64,000 nucleotides of DNA from the NCBI GenBank assembly GCA_001643675.2, contig LSRY02000003.1:868001-932000 (forward strand), written 5' to 3'. The DNA comes from Monocercomonoides exilis PA203 (taxonomy: Eukaryota; Protista; Preaxostyla). This document shows positions 1-11,649 of the stretch, one piece after another. Each line of letters opens with the position of its first letter. The stretch's first letter is position 1. The position numbers were made by a program, and so were the translations under genes. The notes below the pieces were generated by a model, which saw only the letters and a program-made list of their open reading frames with translations, was not told where the DNA came from and made no database searches.

Positions 1-159
1 GCTTTGGATGGCATTCTTTGAATCTGCTAAACAGTCAAAGCATTGATTCAATAGATTCAATCTTTTCCAATCATTATCTGCATATTTGTCTATCTTCTCT
101 TTTCCTTTATCTTCATACAACTTATCATAAGCTGTTTTTTTTGATCAGCTTTGGCTTTG

Positions 160-1551
160 TGTTTTCCTTGCAAATGCAGAAAATATACGATGATTTAACT
201 GATTTGAGGGATGAGCCTTTCCATTTGTCAAAAAAATTATCCATTGCTCCTGAGATCTGTTCGACAGAAGCATCCGCTATTGCCTCTTTCGACACATTTG
301 TTGCTGAGATCGATGATAATTAGAGAAGATTAAAGATTGTTCCATCAAGAGGCGGCTGAAGTGAATGAAAATCACAAGAAGTCGAAACTGAGGGAGCAAC
401 AGACGCTTCGAATAATATGTTGTGGTGGTGACGGATCGGGGCGTTGTTTTTGTGTACGATATGATGCTTTTGGCAATGCTTTCTGTTCCGCTGGTGGAAC
501 CGCTTCCGTCGCTTTCAGTGTCGGTGGACACGAAGTCGGGGAGCAAGCGGATCTTTGCAGCGGCAGATGTGAATGCTTTCCCGTCGATCTACGATCTGTT
601 TGACCCGTCGCTGCAAATATGGCGATCGCAACAGTCGAGGCGTGTGGAGGTGAAGCTGGACGAGGAAGTGATGGGGCGAGGGGTTGCAGTGTGTGAAGTC
701 GGGGAGATTGTGGAGAAGGTGCTAGAGGCAGCGGGGCTGAGGATGGAGGATGTGGTTGTGTCTCCAGCAACGATTGCGCTGGCTGTGCTGGAGGAGCGCG
801 AAGAGGAGGAGGCAAAGATGGAGGGAGAGGGGAAGGTGATTGCAATGAGGAGAAAGGCTGGTGTCCGACAGTGCACAGAGAGTTTGCGGAGAGAATCAAA
901 GAGAACATGAGGAAGCTGGAAGAAGTGACGGTGCCGCTGGTTGTGGAGGCGCTTGGTCTGGCTTGGCTGAGGTTTGTGAAGGCAGAGGCTGAGGTGGAAA
1001 AGTTGCATTCAGTGGAATCAGAAGTGTGCAGTTCTTCTCCGTCTGATGGCATTCAACAGGAGATTTCAAAAGCAATAGAAGCAGCAGATGGGTCTTTGTG
1101 CATAACTTCAGATGGAAGAGATAATAATGTATAAAAATATGATGAACAGATAGAAATGTCAATGAATGAATTAGGGATGAATGAGGAGTCAAGGAGAAAG
1201 GGTGGTTCTATTGATTTGGAGAAGGAAGAGGAAGAGGAAGAGGAGAAGTGAGAAGAAGAAGAAGAGGGACAGACACTTGACGAGGAATTGCCACATTTGA
1301 AGTTTTTGAGGCTGATTGACGAGAGTGCATATGTGAAATGGTAGGACGATCTTGTGATGATGACCGTGATGTGGCAGCTGGTGGATCTGTGTGACGGGCA
1401 GGAGCTGATTGTGATGAAGCCAGTTGTGGAAAGGATGATACAGCCGGATGGGACGATGAGCATCAAGTTCATTGGGGAGAGGCTGTTTGTGAGGAGAGAG
1501 AAGAGAAGAGAACGGTGTGGAGGTGTGTATTTGGCATCGGATGGGGCATAG
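160..1551 (+). pseudogene. Degraded gene remnant, unknown product
   Basis: GC-richer, coding-like stretch split into overlapping ORF pieces in different frames (422-910, 871-1134, 1354-1551), with in-frame stops between them. No domain recognised. Confidence 0.35.
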
Positions 1552-4500
1552 CTGCTTTAAAAAAACAGATCCAGTAAAAAGCGATGAAATAAAAAAAAAA
1601 AGAAGACGGAAACCAAAGAAAGAATGAGATGAATGAACAAGCAACAAAGAAATGTTCTGCAAAAAGGAATCAAATGTTTTTGCAAAATGAAAATATTAAC
1701 TGATTAGACAAAGTGAAAAACACATATGAATTTCATTATTTTTTTTTATATCTTTATTTGAAAAATAATAATAATTACTCAAGTTGTGCTTATCAAAATA
1801 AATACAAATATTTTGATATTTATCTTCAATTACCAGTTTTTATCTCATTTTCGAATTTTTTCTCCATTATTTATTTAATATGACAAATATAAGAATGTTA
1901 TTGTATTATTCCAAAAGAAATCCTTTCAAGACATTAAAGACTTTCATTTCCAAATTGATAATGTGGAATTGAAAATAGTTGATTTGGTAGTAATGAAAAT
2001 AATCAACTTCAAAAGAATATATGTGAATAAATATTATTTCACATGTTGTTTTTTCTATCTATCTTTTAAATTATTCAATTATCTTTCTTTTTTCTTTTCT
2101 CTGTTGTTTCCTTTAATCGTTTCTCAAATTCCACTCTCAACTCAAATTTCGTATCCAAATTTCTTCTTTCTTTTTTCAAAAAACCCTCTTTCATTTTCTC
2201 TATTCCATTTCTTTTCCGAATCCTTTCTCAAAACACGCTCTTCATTCTCTTTATCTTTCTAATTTTTGCTTCTGCTTTATCTCTTAAGAGATGCTCTTTT
2301 TCTTCATTTTCCTCTTTATCCCCGATTCCGATTATGAATGCAAAGTGATCCAATCGATTGAAGCAATGATGATGATGAAGTGTATGTTGAGGAAATTGTT
2401 GTGTGAAATGTTGCTGATGTATTTAAAGATGAAGAAGATGATGATAATGGTGAATGGATTGAATGAGACGATTGAAGGTTGAAAATTGAGAAGACGAATG
2501 AAAATTAATGTCAACGGAGAAATTCATTGAAATTCTCTTCTTTTGGTTTTTGTCTTCTTCTGGCTAATAATATCATTTGTATTCATAACAATTTCAATTT
2601 GATTCTTTCTCTCTTTCCAACAAAAAATAGGAAATATTGAGCTTTCCCTTTTTCATTCCATCTCTTCTTCTTTAACTTCCCCTCTTTCACAAAAAATCTT
2701 CTTTCCTCAAAAATAATTCTTCGCCAAAGCACAATGAAAACCATCTTCGATTTATGTTTAATTTCATCAATCTTCATTTCATTTTTCTTCCTTGCTTCTC
2801 TTCTTCTTCAAAGCCATCTAATCCCTGATTCCTTCAGCAGTATGAATAAATCAAAATAATAATAATTACTGAAAAAACTTCTAACCAAAAATATTCCTAT
2901 ATAGAAAATTATATTTATATTTTATTCCATTTGCAACTGTTTTCTTCAATTCAATTTCATTATCCCAGCCTTTTTCATGTTTATCCAGTTAATTCTTCAA
3001 TTGACCTTCCAAATCCATTCATCCTGGGCACTTTCCATATGAACTTGCTGTCTAAACCTGAAGGGCTGCCTGCATAACGAGATATCAAACTTTCATTCAT
3101 TTCCATCTCCGATCCTGAAAAAAATATAAAACCTATCAATCGGCAAATTTTTAATGATGCAAACCAAACAACTTTCCTTTAATGAAAGCTTATAATTGAA
3201 AAGAAAAAAATATTTCTCAGAATAAATATAATAAGAATAATGGTTTATTTTTTTGGAACTGAACCAATAACAAAGTCATTTGTCAAGTTTAAAATAGCTG
3301 AATAAATTTTATGAAAAAATGTCCATGATTAAAAGCCTTTTTGAATAAAGATATAAAAAAAAACATTCCGACGTGAAAAAATACTGATGACTGACGTAAC
3401 CATCGATTTTTCGATCCGTCACCAAGGCTTAAGCAAAACAAAGATTAATATCAATAATATTTCACGATTTCATAATTTTTTTTAATTTCATTTATGAAAA
3501 CTTTTTTAAAATGGATTGATTTTTTTGTCAGTCAAAAAGATCATTTTAGAAATTAAACTGTCCTATCAATTCCTTCCATATGTCTGTCCTCTTTCGAATG
3601 CAATTTAACTTGCATGGATTGAGAAACTTCATCTGTTTTGCCCCCCCAACAATTAATTTGTTTTTCCCTCACTTTGGCAAATACGAGAATTGTGACTATA
3701 CCTGTGCAATACATTTTGCAGTTTATTGCAGATATTGACCACATTAAAAAAATGGAAAAGGAAAAATAAAACATGTGTTTGTTGTTCTTTTTTAAAGGTC
3801 ACAAATGTTTTATAACTGAGATTAAAAATATGTTCATTGTTTGGTCATTTTTTGCAATTTTTTCATCAAACTTTTCTGCAATGGACACATACTCACATCA
3901 AATAGGTTCAAATTTTATGATTTTCAAAATGATAAAGTTTGATGAATGAATTGAAAAAATCGGAATAAAAAATTATCAATTTTATAAACCCAAGATATTT
4001 GACATATGCGACTTTCCAAAAAGAATAATCCATATAAATGTGTGATCATTTTTGTTATCATTAAATTTAATGGAGTGTGGATAATATTCAAAATATTTTT
4101 TTCTTTAAAAAGAAGTTTTTCATTCAAATGGTAAACGTTGTGCTATTGTCTTAAAAGCTAATGTGAGAGATCGACGAAAGACATGCTTTTTTTTTTCAAG
4201 TAATATGTTTTTGCTTCTTGGTGGAAACAAAGAAACATTCAAATCAAACTTTATAAAGGAAATTTTTGATAAAAAATTGACGTTTTAATAATCGATTTGG
4301 GGGAAATTTTGGACTTTCAAGCTTTTTTTGCTCAAAGCACAAAAAAATTGTTTCACTAATAACTTTTCTCAACTTTCTCAGATTTCAAAATGAATAGGAT
4401 TCTCATTTCCATTAACAGGTATCAATGATATCACAACACAATGATTTGTTTTTTCACACGTATTTTAATATATAAACCCATTTTTTCCATATTTTTCGAT

Positions 4501-5362
4501 CGCTGAAAGTCTATAAAAAGTGCATAAATTTTCAATAAAAATGCCTGAAGTGAAATATTTTCCCCCATTTGTCAAAGTTTTTTTTCATTCGTTTCATAGG
4601 AAGTTCACATTATATAAATATTCACATATTTTGCGAATAACTTTTTTAGAAATATTTCACATTAAAAAAGTGAAATGAATAAAGTCAATATTTTTGTCTC
4701 TCAAAATTTTTTGATTGAGAATTTTCTTTGAATAATGATAAATTGATACAAAGAAGTTATATTCCATTCGAAGATCATTTTTTCATAAATGTTTTCTGAA
4801 GCATCGTTATTTTAAATAATTTTCTTTTCCAATTTTTATTTTTTTAACAAAGAAACAAAATATTAAACAAATTGTTTCCTTTTAAATAATTAAACAAATA
4901 TTCATTTCAAAATCAAGCTGAGTTCTTGCATGCATTAAAAAAAACTTAATCGACATCTTGTTCCGAATTTTTTCTTTTGTTTTTTCAAAATTCATCAAAA
5001 AATTTTACACACACACACACACAAAAAAAAAAAAAAAATAATTTCAGAAATTTACTTGGAATTATTGAGTGGAACAATATTTGTAAAGCACAATATTCCT
5101 ATCAAATGGGACGATATTTTTTGCTTCATGAATTTTGTTCCACTCTGTTCTTTCAAAGATTTTTTTCGACTTCTTTATATTTTCATATTTAATATTGCAC
5201 TGGAATGTCAGAATTATAATTATGCAATTGCAGAAAAATTTTGGAACATATCATTGAATTTTTCATAAATGCGAGAATCCTGTTTCAAATAAAATATATA
5301 TTCCCATAATAATATTAAAGACAGTTTTGATACAACAAAATAATTATTTTAATAAAAAAACA

Positions 5363-8300
5363 ATGATGGATGACAAAACACTTAATCAAGCAGCGATTTC
5401 ATTGAAAAGAGATATTATGGATCCATTCAATACAGTTGTTGTTGCTCCATCAATCGAATCAGTTGAGGTAAATTATTATTTTCATTATTCTTTTTCAACT
5501 GATTTTATTCATAATAATTTGAATTTTTGCATTTGTCAATGCATTGTTTGTGACATATTTAGTTCACGCCGCTTCTGGAAGTTACTCATGCAGAATATCC
5601 TGAATTTTCTCAAACAAATTCAATTTCACACAATGAAAAAAATGGTTGCTATAAGGAAGAGAATTTTCAATTGACCGAAGAGCACAATGAGTTACACACA
5701 AATAAATCTGATGACATTTCAAAAGGTTTTTCTTCAGAAATTATTCCGCTGAACAAAAGTTTTAACAAAAAAAATTTTTTATTTCTTTTCATTTGAATAA
5801 AAAAAAGAATATTTATCTGTTCGACTTTCATTTTCTTCGATCATTTCTAATCTTTCTGCTTTTTTAACATCAATTGGACCGTCGTTCCTTTCTTTACTGA
5901 ATGATAAGCAGCTTTCAATTTTCACATCTTTACAGGAACAAAAGTTATTGAGAGAACAGTTGAAACTTCTTGAGCGTAAGTTAAAGCAAAATGGGAATTT
6001 TTCCAAGTGGTTAGAAACACGAAATATGCCATTTGAAGCAGCAGAGGAGCGCTGGAATTCAGAGGGAAAGAAAAAGAAAATTGGGAATTTAATAGAAAAA
6101 GAAAATGAGATTAAGAATTTAGAAGAAAAAAGAAGGAATGAAATTGACTCGATTAAAAATGAATGGATGGAAATGGGAAGACGATTCGTCGAGAATTATG
6201 TCTGCGAAATAAAAGAAAAAGAGAAAGGAGAGGAAACAATTAAAAATGAAAAGAAAGCTGAAAATGAAAACGAGCAAATAAAGAAAACAGCACACAAGGA
6301 AGCATCAACTTCAATAGAAAAACAAGATGTTTGGACACAGTTTATCAGCGCCAATCCTTTGATTATGACTTCTGTTGAATCTGTTTGCTTTCAAGAATGG
6401 GATTCTCTTTTGCTCAAATCTGAACAGATCGCAAAAGAAAAAGCGAGTAAAATGAAAGAAGATAAAAGAAAAGAAGAGTTTTACAGCAAAAAGACGGAAG
6501 AAAGACACGTTTTGTCAGAAGTGTTAGAAAAGCAGATTGAAGAAAAGGAAGGGAAAACTTATTCAAAATTTGATTTGAGTGACGAAAACAGGATGAATCT
6601 GAAGAAAGAAGTGCTTTTGGAGATGAAGAAAGAGGAAACTGAAGATGTTATCAAAGAAATCAACAAAAGACGCTTGACTCAAAAAGCGAAACAGAGACAA
6701 GAAGCGAATGATGTGCTAACTCCAAATAAAGGCATCAAGTTCAAAGAAGGAATTCAAAACACAGTTTCTTCTTCAGCTTCACCCACAAAGACCTCGTCGT
6801 CGCAGAAGGGCAGTTCATTCATTCGCCAGCTGCGCGAAGAAAAAGCGCGGGAGCAAAAGAAGAAAGAGGAAATCAAAGAAAGAATGAAGAGAAGAACAGA
6901 ATATGGACACATTACACGGCTGACGATGGCAATCACCACGTCTTCGTCTTTGACTTCGTCTTCGTCTTCGTCTTCGCTGGGTGCAGATCCAGTGCCAGCC
7001 ATAAACACATTCTATTCTGCTATCCCAGTTCCTCCTTCTCCATCGCTCTGCTCAATTTCATCGAATTCTTCAAGGGCTTCTGCGAAAGATAGAAAGCATC
7101 AGCCAATTCCTTCAACAACAGCAACGATATCTTCTTCTTCTTCTTCTTCTTCTTCTTCTTCTGATACTTCAGATTCACCTCTTCCAGTTCTCAAAGAGGC
7201 TCTTCACAAATCTCAACAGTCACAATTCCAACAAAATTCTTCATCAAAACCAAACACCAATGCACCAATTCTCATTTCGAACACATCGAACACTTCGAAC
7301 ATTTCAAACACATCAGGCATTTCATCATCATCATCATCATCATCAACACCCCAACCATCACAACCATTGCAGCCATCGCAATCAGCTCAGCAAATTCAGC
7401 TTTTGGCACAAAAACAGCACACTTCGCCAGCTGTTGTGTCGAAAGTGTGTTCAACCGTTGGTCTTATTCGGAAGCTGGAGAGAGAGCAGAAGATGCGGCA
7501 GAAGAAGAGAGACGAGGAAAACCTGAGGAAAGCAGGCAGGCTGATGAGGAGGATTGAGGCGATAGAGGAAGAAAAGACGAAGATGGAGCAGGAAAGAAAA
7601 GAGAAGGAAGAGAAAGAGAAGGAAGAGAGGAAAAAGGAAGTGATGAGGACAATCGAAGAGAGAAGAAAGAAGATTTTGTGGCTGAAGAACAGAGAGACAG
7701 AAAGAAAGGGGCAAAGTCCAATAGCGAAGAGAAGAATAGGTGAAGAAGAAGAAGAGGAAGAAGAAGAAAAGGGAAAGGAAGGAGAAAGAGAAAGAAGAGA
7801 AGAGAAAGCAAGCGGAGTGAAAAGCAGCCCGCACAAACTGCTTCCGCTTTATGTTCGGAAAGAGCAAGAATTCGCCGAAAGAGAGAGAAAGATGAAGGAA
7901 GAAGAAGAAATGAGGGTGGAGCAGCTGCTGAATGCGAAGAACTCGATGAACTTTGCGCTGCATGCGCCGTCTGCCCTTCCTCCGAAACACGAATCGCTCA
8001 TTCTGAAGAGAATGCAGCCGAAAGGAAAGATCACAGGAGATGCGAAGAGAACAAGGAAAACGGGAGTGTTTGAGCCAAATGAGCAATTCAATGGAAGTGC
8101 AAGTAATGTGTCGAATTTGCATTCAACTCATTCCTCGAATAACTCTGTGGAGCTGAATGAAAGTGCTGTTGTGTCAACATCTCCTTATTTGTCATCGTCG
8201 TCGTCATCATCATCTTCTTCTTCTTCTTTATCATCCTCTTCCTCTTCCTCTTCAATTGATTCATCTCAGCAACCACGCATTTCCTTCTATTCCCACAAGC

Positions 8301-10501
8301 CATCGCGACAAGTTCTGCATTCAAATCCCAAACAGAAACTGCAAACGACTAAAGAAAATAAAAATCTTGAACCTCGGCAGTCAGCGATATCTTATTCAAT
8401 CAGTTCGAATAAAACAGCAGATGAAAAAGAAGAAAAATTGCAGATTCAGCAAATATCACTTTCAGGGTCTGTTGAGCAGAGAAAACGGAAAAACGAGGTA
8501 AAAACAAAAATGAATGAATATGGATATGAAAAGAGAGAGGAAAAGGAAGAGGAGGAAGAGGAAAAGGAAGATGATGAAGATGATGAAGATGTAAATGAAG
8601 AGGAAGAGGAAGAGGAAGAAACAGAGGAAGATGGAGCAGATGATGAAATTGAGGAGGAAGAAAATGAGGAAGATGAACAACAAGGAGAAGAAGAGAGAAT
8701 GGAAAAAGAATCAAGTACAGGTGAAAAACAAGAAAATGAAGAAGAAGAAGAATGCAGGCAAGGTGAAATAAATGACATTGCATCTATTCAAAAAGCAGCT
8801 GAAAATGAATTTGATGAGCTGAAAATACAAAAAATCAAACCAATTTTGATCAAAAAGGAGGTGAAAAATAAAGATTTTTCTTTGAAATCACCAAAAACAC
8901 TGATATCACCAAAATCACCGAAATCGCCAAAAACCGAACGAAAAGCAAATGATTTGAGCAATCGAGATGGACAGACAGAAAGAAAGAGCTTGAAAAATCA
9001 GAAAGAGGAAAACGAGAATATTGAAGAAGTTTTGTGTGGGTGGGAAGAGAATGAAAGGGAAGAATACGAAAATTATGGAAGTGAACAAAAAGGCGAGGAG
9101 GAAGAGGAGAAGGAAGAGGAAGAGGAAGATAAAGAAGAGGAAGATGATGAAGAGGAGGAGGAGAAGGAAGAGGATATAGAGGAAAATAAAGAAGAAGAAG
9201 TGGTAAATGATCAAAGTGAAGAAGTTAAAGATGGTTTTGAAGAAAATGAATTCAAAGGAAATGAACTTCAAAAGCAAGTTGAAGTTGAAGAAAAAGAAGA
9301 GAGAAAGGAAGATCAAACAGGACTAAATCAGCCAGAGGAAGAAGCGAAGAATGATGAAGATGTTGAAGAAGAAAAAGAGGTGGAAGGAAAGGAAGAAGAA
9401 TCTGAAGACGAAAAAGATGAAAAAGAGGAAGAGAGAAAAGAAGAAGGAATTGAAGAAGAGGCAGCAAAAGAAGAGGGGAATGAGAAAGAGGAAGAGGAGG
9501 AGGAGGAAGAAGAAGAGAAAGAAGAGAAAGAAGAAAGCAAAGAAGAAATTGAAGAAGTGGCAAATAGAATTAGCAAAATTCTTGAAGGATCGAAAATGAA
9601 AGAGAAGAAAAGGAAAGAAGAGCTTGAAAGACACAAGAAAGAGAAGGAAGAGAAGCAAAAAGAGTATTTATTGGAAGATGATGAAGAAGAGGAAGTGGAA
9701 GAGGAACAGGAAGAGAAAGAGAGAAAAGAAGAGAAAGAAGAAAAGAAGGAAAGAGATGAGATGAAGGAAGAAGAAGAAGAGGCAACAAAAGAAGATGATA
9801 ATAAAACCGAAGTGAATGAAGAAGTGAATGCGGAACAGAAAGAAAAAGAAGAAGAAGAAGGCAAAGAAAACGTTGCAAAAGATACAATAGATACAAAAGA
9901 TGTGAAAGAGGAAAAAGAAGGAGAAGAATGTGGTAGAGATGAAAAGGAAAAGAGAGAAGAAAATGAAGAAAAAGAGAAAGCTGTTGAAGAGACAAGTGAT
10001 AAAAAAGAAGAAATAAAAGAAGAAGAGAAAGAAGAACAAAAAACTGAAGAACAAAAAGAAGAAGAAAAAGTTGAAGCGAATGAAGAAAATACATCAGAAT
10101 TAGAACAGGACGAAGAGAAAGAACAGAAACAAGATGAAGAAAAGGAAAAAGCCAAAGAAGAAGAGAAAGAAGAGAAAGAGGAGGAGAAAGATAGAGAAGA
10201 AAGTGCAGATTCTTTCCTGGTTGAAAACGATGAAGAGAATACTGAAGCGTTGGAAGAAAAGAATGAAGAGAAAGAATTTGAAGAAGAAAGCGAAAGTGAA
10301 GAGGGAGATAATGCGAGCGAAGAAGTTGAATCTGAAGCGGAAAAAGGAACAGAAGAAGGAAATGATTCAAAAGAAGAAGAGAGAAAGGAGAATAGAGAAG
10401 ACCACGAAGAAGGAAAAGAAGATTCTGAAGCCAAGAAAGACAATTATGAGGAAGAGATAGAAGAGGAGGAGGAAGAAGAAGAAAATAATAAAGAAAAATG
10501 A
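5363..10501 (+). CDS. Large Glu/Lys-rich coiled-coil and low-complexity protein (~1664 aa), function unknown
   Basis: ATG at 5363. GT-AG introns at 5468-5562 (phase 0) and 5759-5807 (phase 1) join two upstream exons in frame to the 1517-aa ORF ending TGA at 10501. Ser-rich middle and very acidic C-terminal half. Confidence 0.8.
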
Positions 10502-10909
10502 AGCTCAATTTCCGTCGAATTTCTAATAATCATTGTTTGCAATAAAGCCAGTGAATGAAAAGAAGATTATTTTTGGGCATTCTTCAAAAGATGAGAAAGA
10601 ATCAACAAATTATTTTTTGAGCAAATTGATTGCTTTTGTCTTTGTTACAAATTTCATGTGTTGAAGAGATATTTTGTAGAAAAAAATATTTAGATTTTTA
10701 TGGTTTTTATTTGCATCGAAAATTGAAAACAATAATAATTTGAAATATTTTTACAGACTTGATCGGATTGTTTTCGTTTTTTGTAAAACTATTAACATCA
10801 TAAATAATTCAAAATGCTAATTTTTTCAATCGAATTTTCGTCAATTTTCTTTATTCATAATTGTATGTTTGTGGTTTTGTTCTGGACTTTTTGAATGAAT
10901 ATAAATAAG

Positions 10910-11645
10910 AGTCATCTTTTTAATGGGACTTTTCCTTAATTGGAACTTTTTTTGTTTTTGATTGCAAAATGCTGAGAAGTGTGAAATGGCTTTCAGCATT
11001 TGGATAGCCGATTTTAGCAAAATTGATACGATCTATTTCTGGTTTGTTTTTTTATTTTTGCTTATTATTTAACTAGGTACAGACATCGCAAAAAATACCG
11101 GACATCGCACAAAATACCTGATAAGATCGATTTCTCGATAACTGCAAGAAGAATAATTCTGACAAATTTCCTCAAAATATATCTCATCAATACAAACTCA
11201 ATTGATACACAAAACTTTCTAAGCAGCTTTATTTGTGCTCAGAAATATCAATTTTTGAAATTTCGGATAAATAGTATTTTGAGTTTCTCCGAGATTTCGA
11301 TGTATATTTTTTCTGAGCACAAATGAAGCAATTTTGAAAGTCACGTTTATCTAATGAGTTTGTATTGATGAGATATATTTTGAGGAAAATAAACAGAATT
11401 ATTCCTCTTGCAGTTATTGTGAAATCGATCTTGTCCGGTATTTTGTGCAATGTCCGGTATTTTTTGCGATGTCTGTACCTAGTTAAATAATAAGCAAAAA
11501 TAAAAAAACAAACCAGAAATAGATCGTATCAATTTTGCTAAAATCGGCTATCCAAATGCTGAAAGCCATTTCACACTTCTCAGCATTTTGCAATCAAAAA
11601 CAAAAAAAGTGCCAATTAAGGAAAAGTCCCATTAAAAAGATGACT
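10910..11645. repeat. 736-bp palindrome: 170-bp near-perfect inverted arms around a MITE
   Basis: 10910-11079 is the reverse complement of 11476-11645 with one mismatch seen. Symmetry centre at 11277/11278. Confidence 0.95.
11080..11475. mobile_element. Foldback MITE, Tc1/mariner-pogo type
   Basis: TA|CAGACATCGC...GCGATGTCTG|TA ends, long imperfect inverted arms, and a duplicated GACATCGCA(A/C)AAAATACC motif in each end. No coding capacity. Confidence 0.75.
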
Positions 11646-11649
11646 ATTA

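Noticed and set aside
1963-3120. Possible minus-strand gene remnant
   Set aside because: Coding-like patches only; too many stops to define boundaries or product.
6311-10508. Many minus-strand poly-Ser/Phe/Leu ORFs (e.g. 9328-10443, 9570-10508)
   Set aside because: Antisense shadows of the GAA-rich Glu/Lys gene; stop-poor by composition only.
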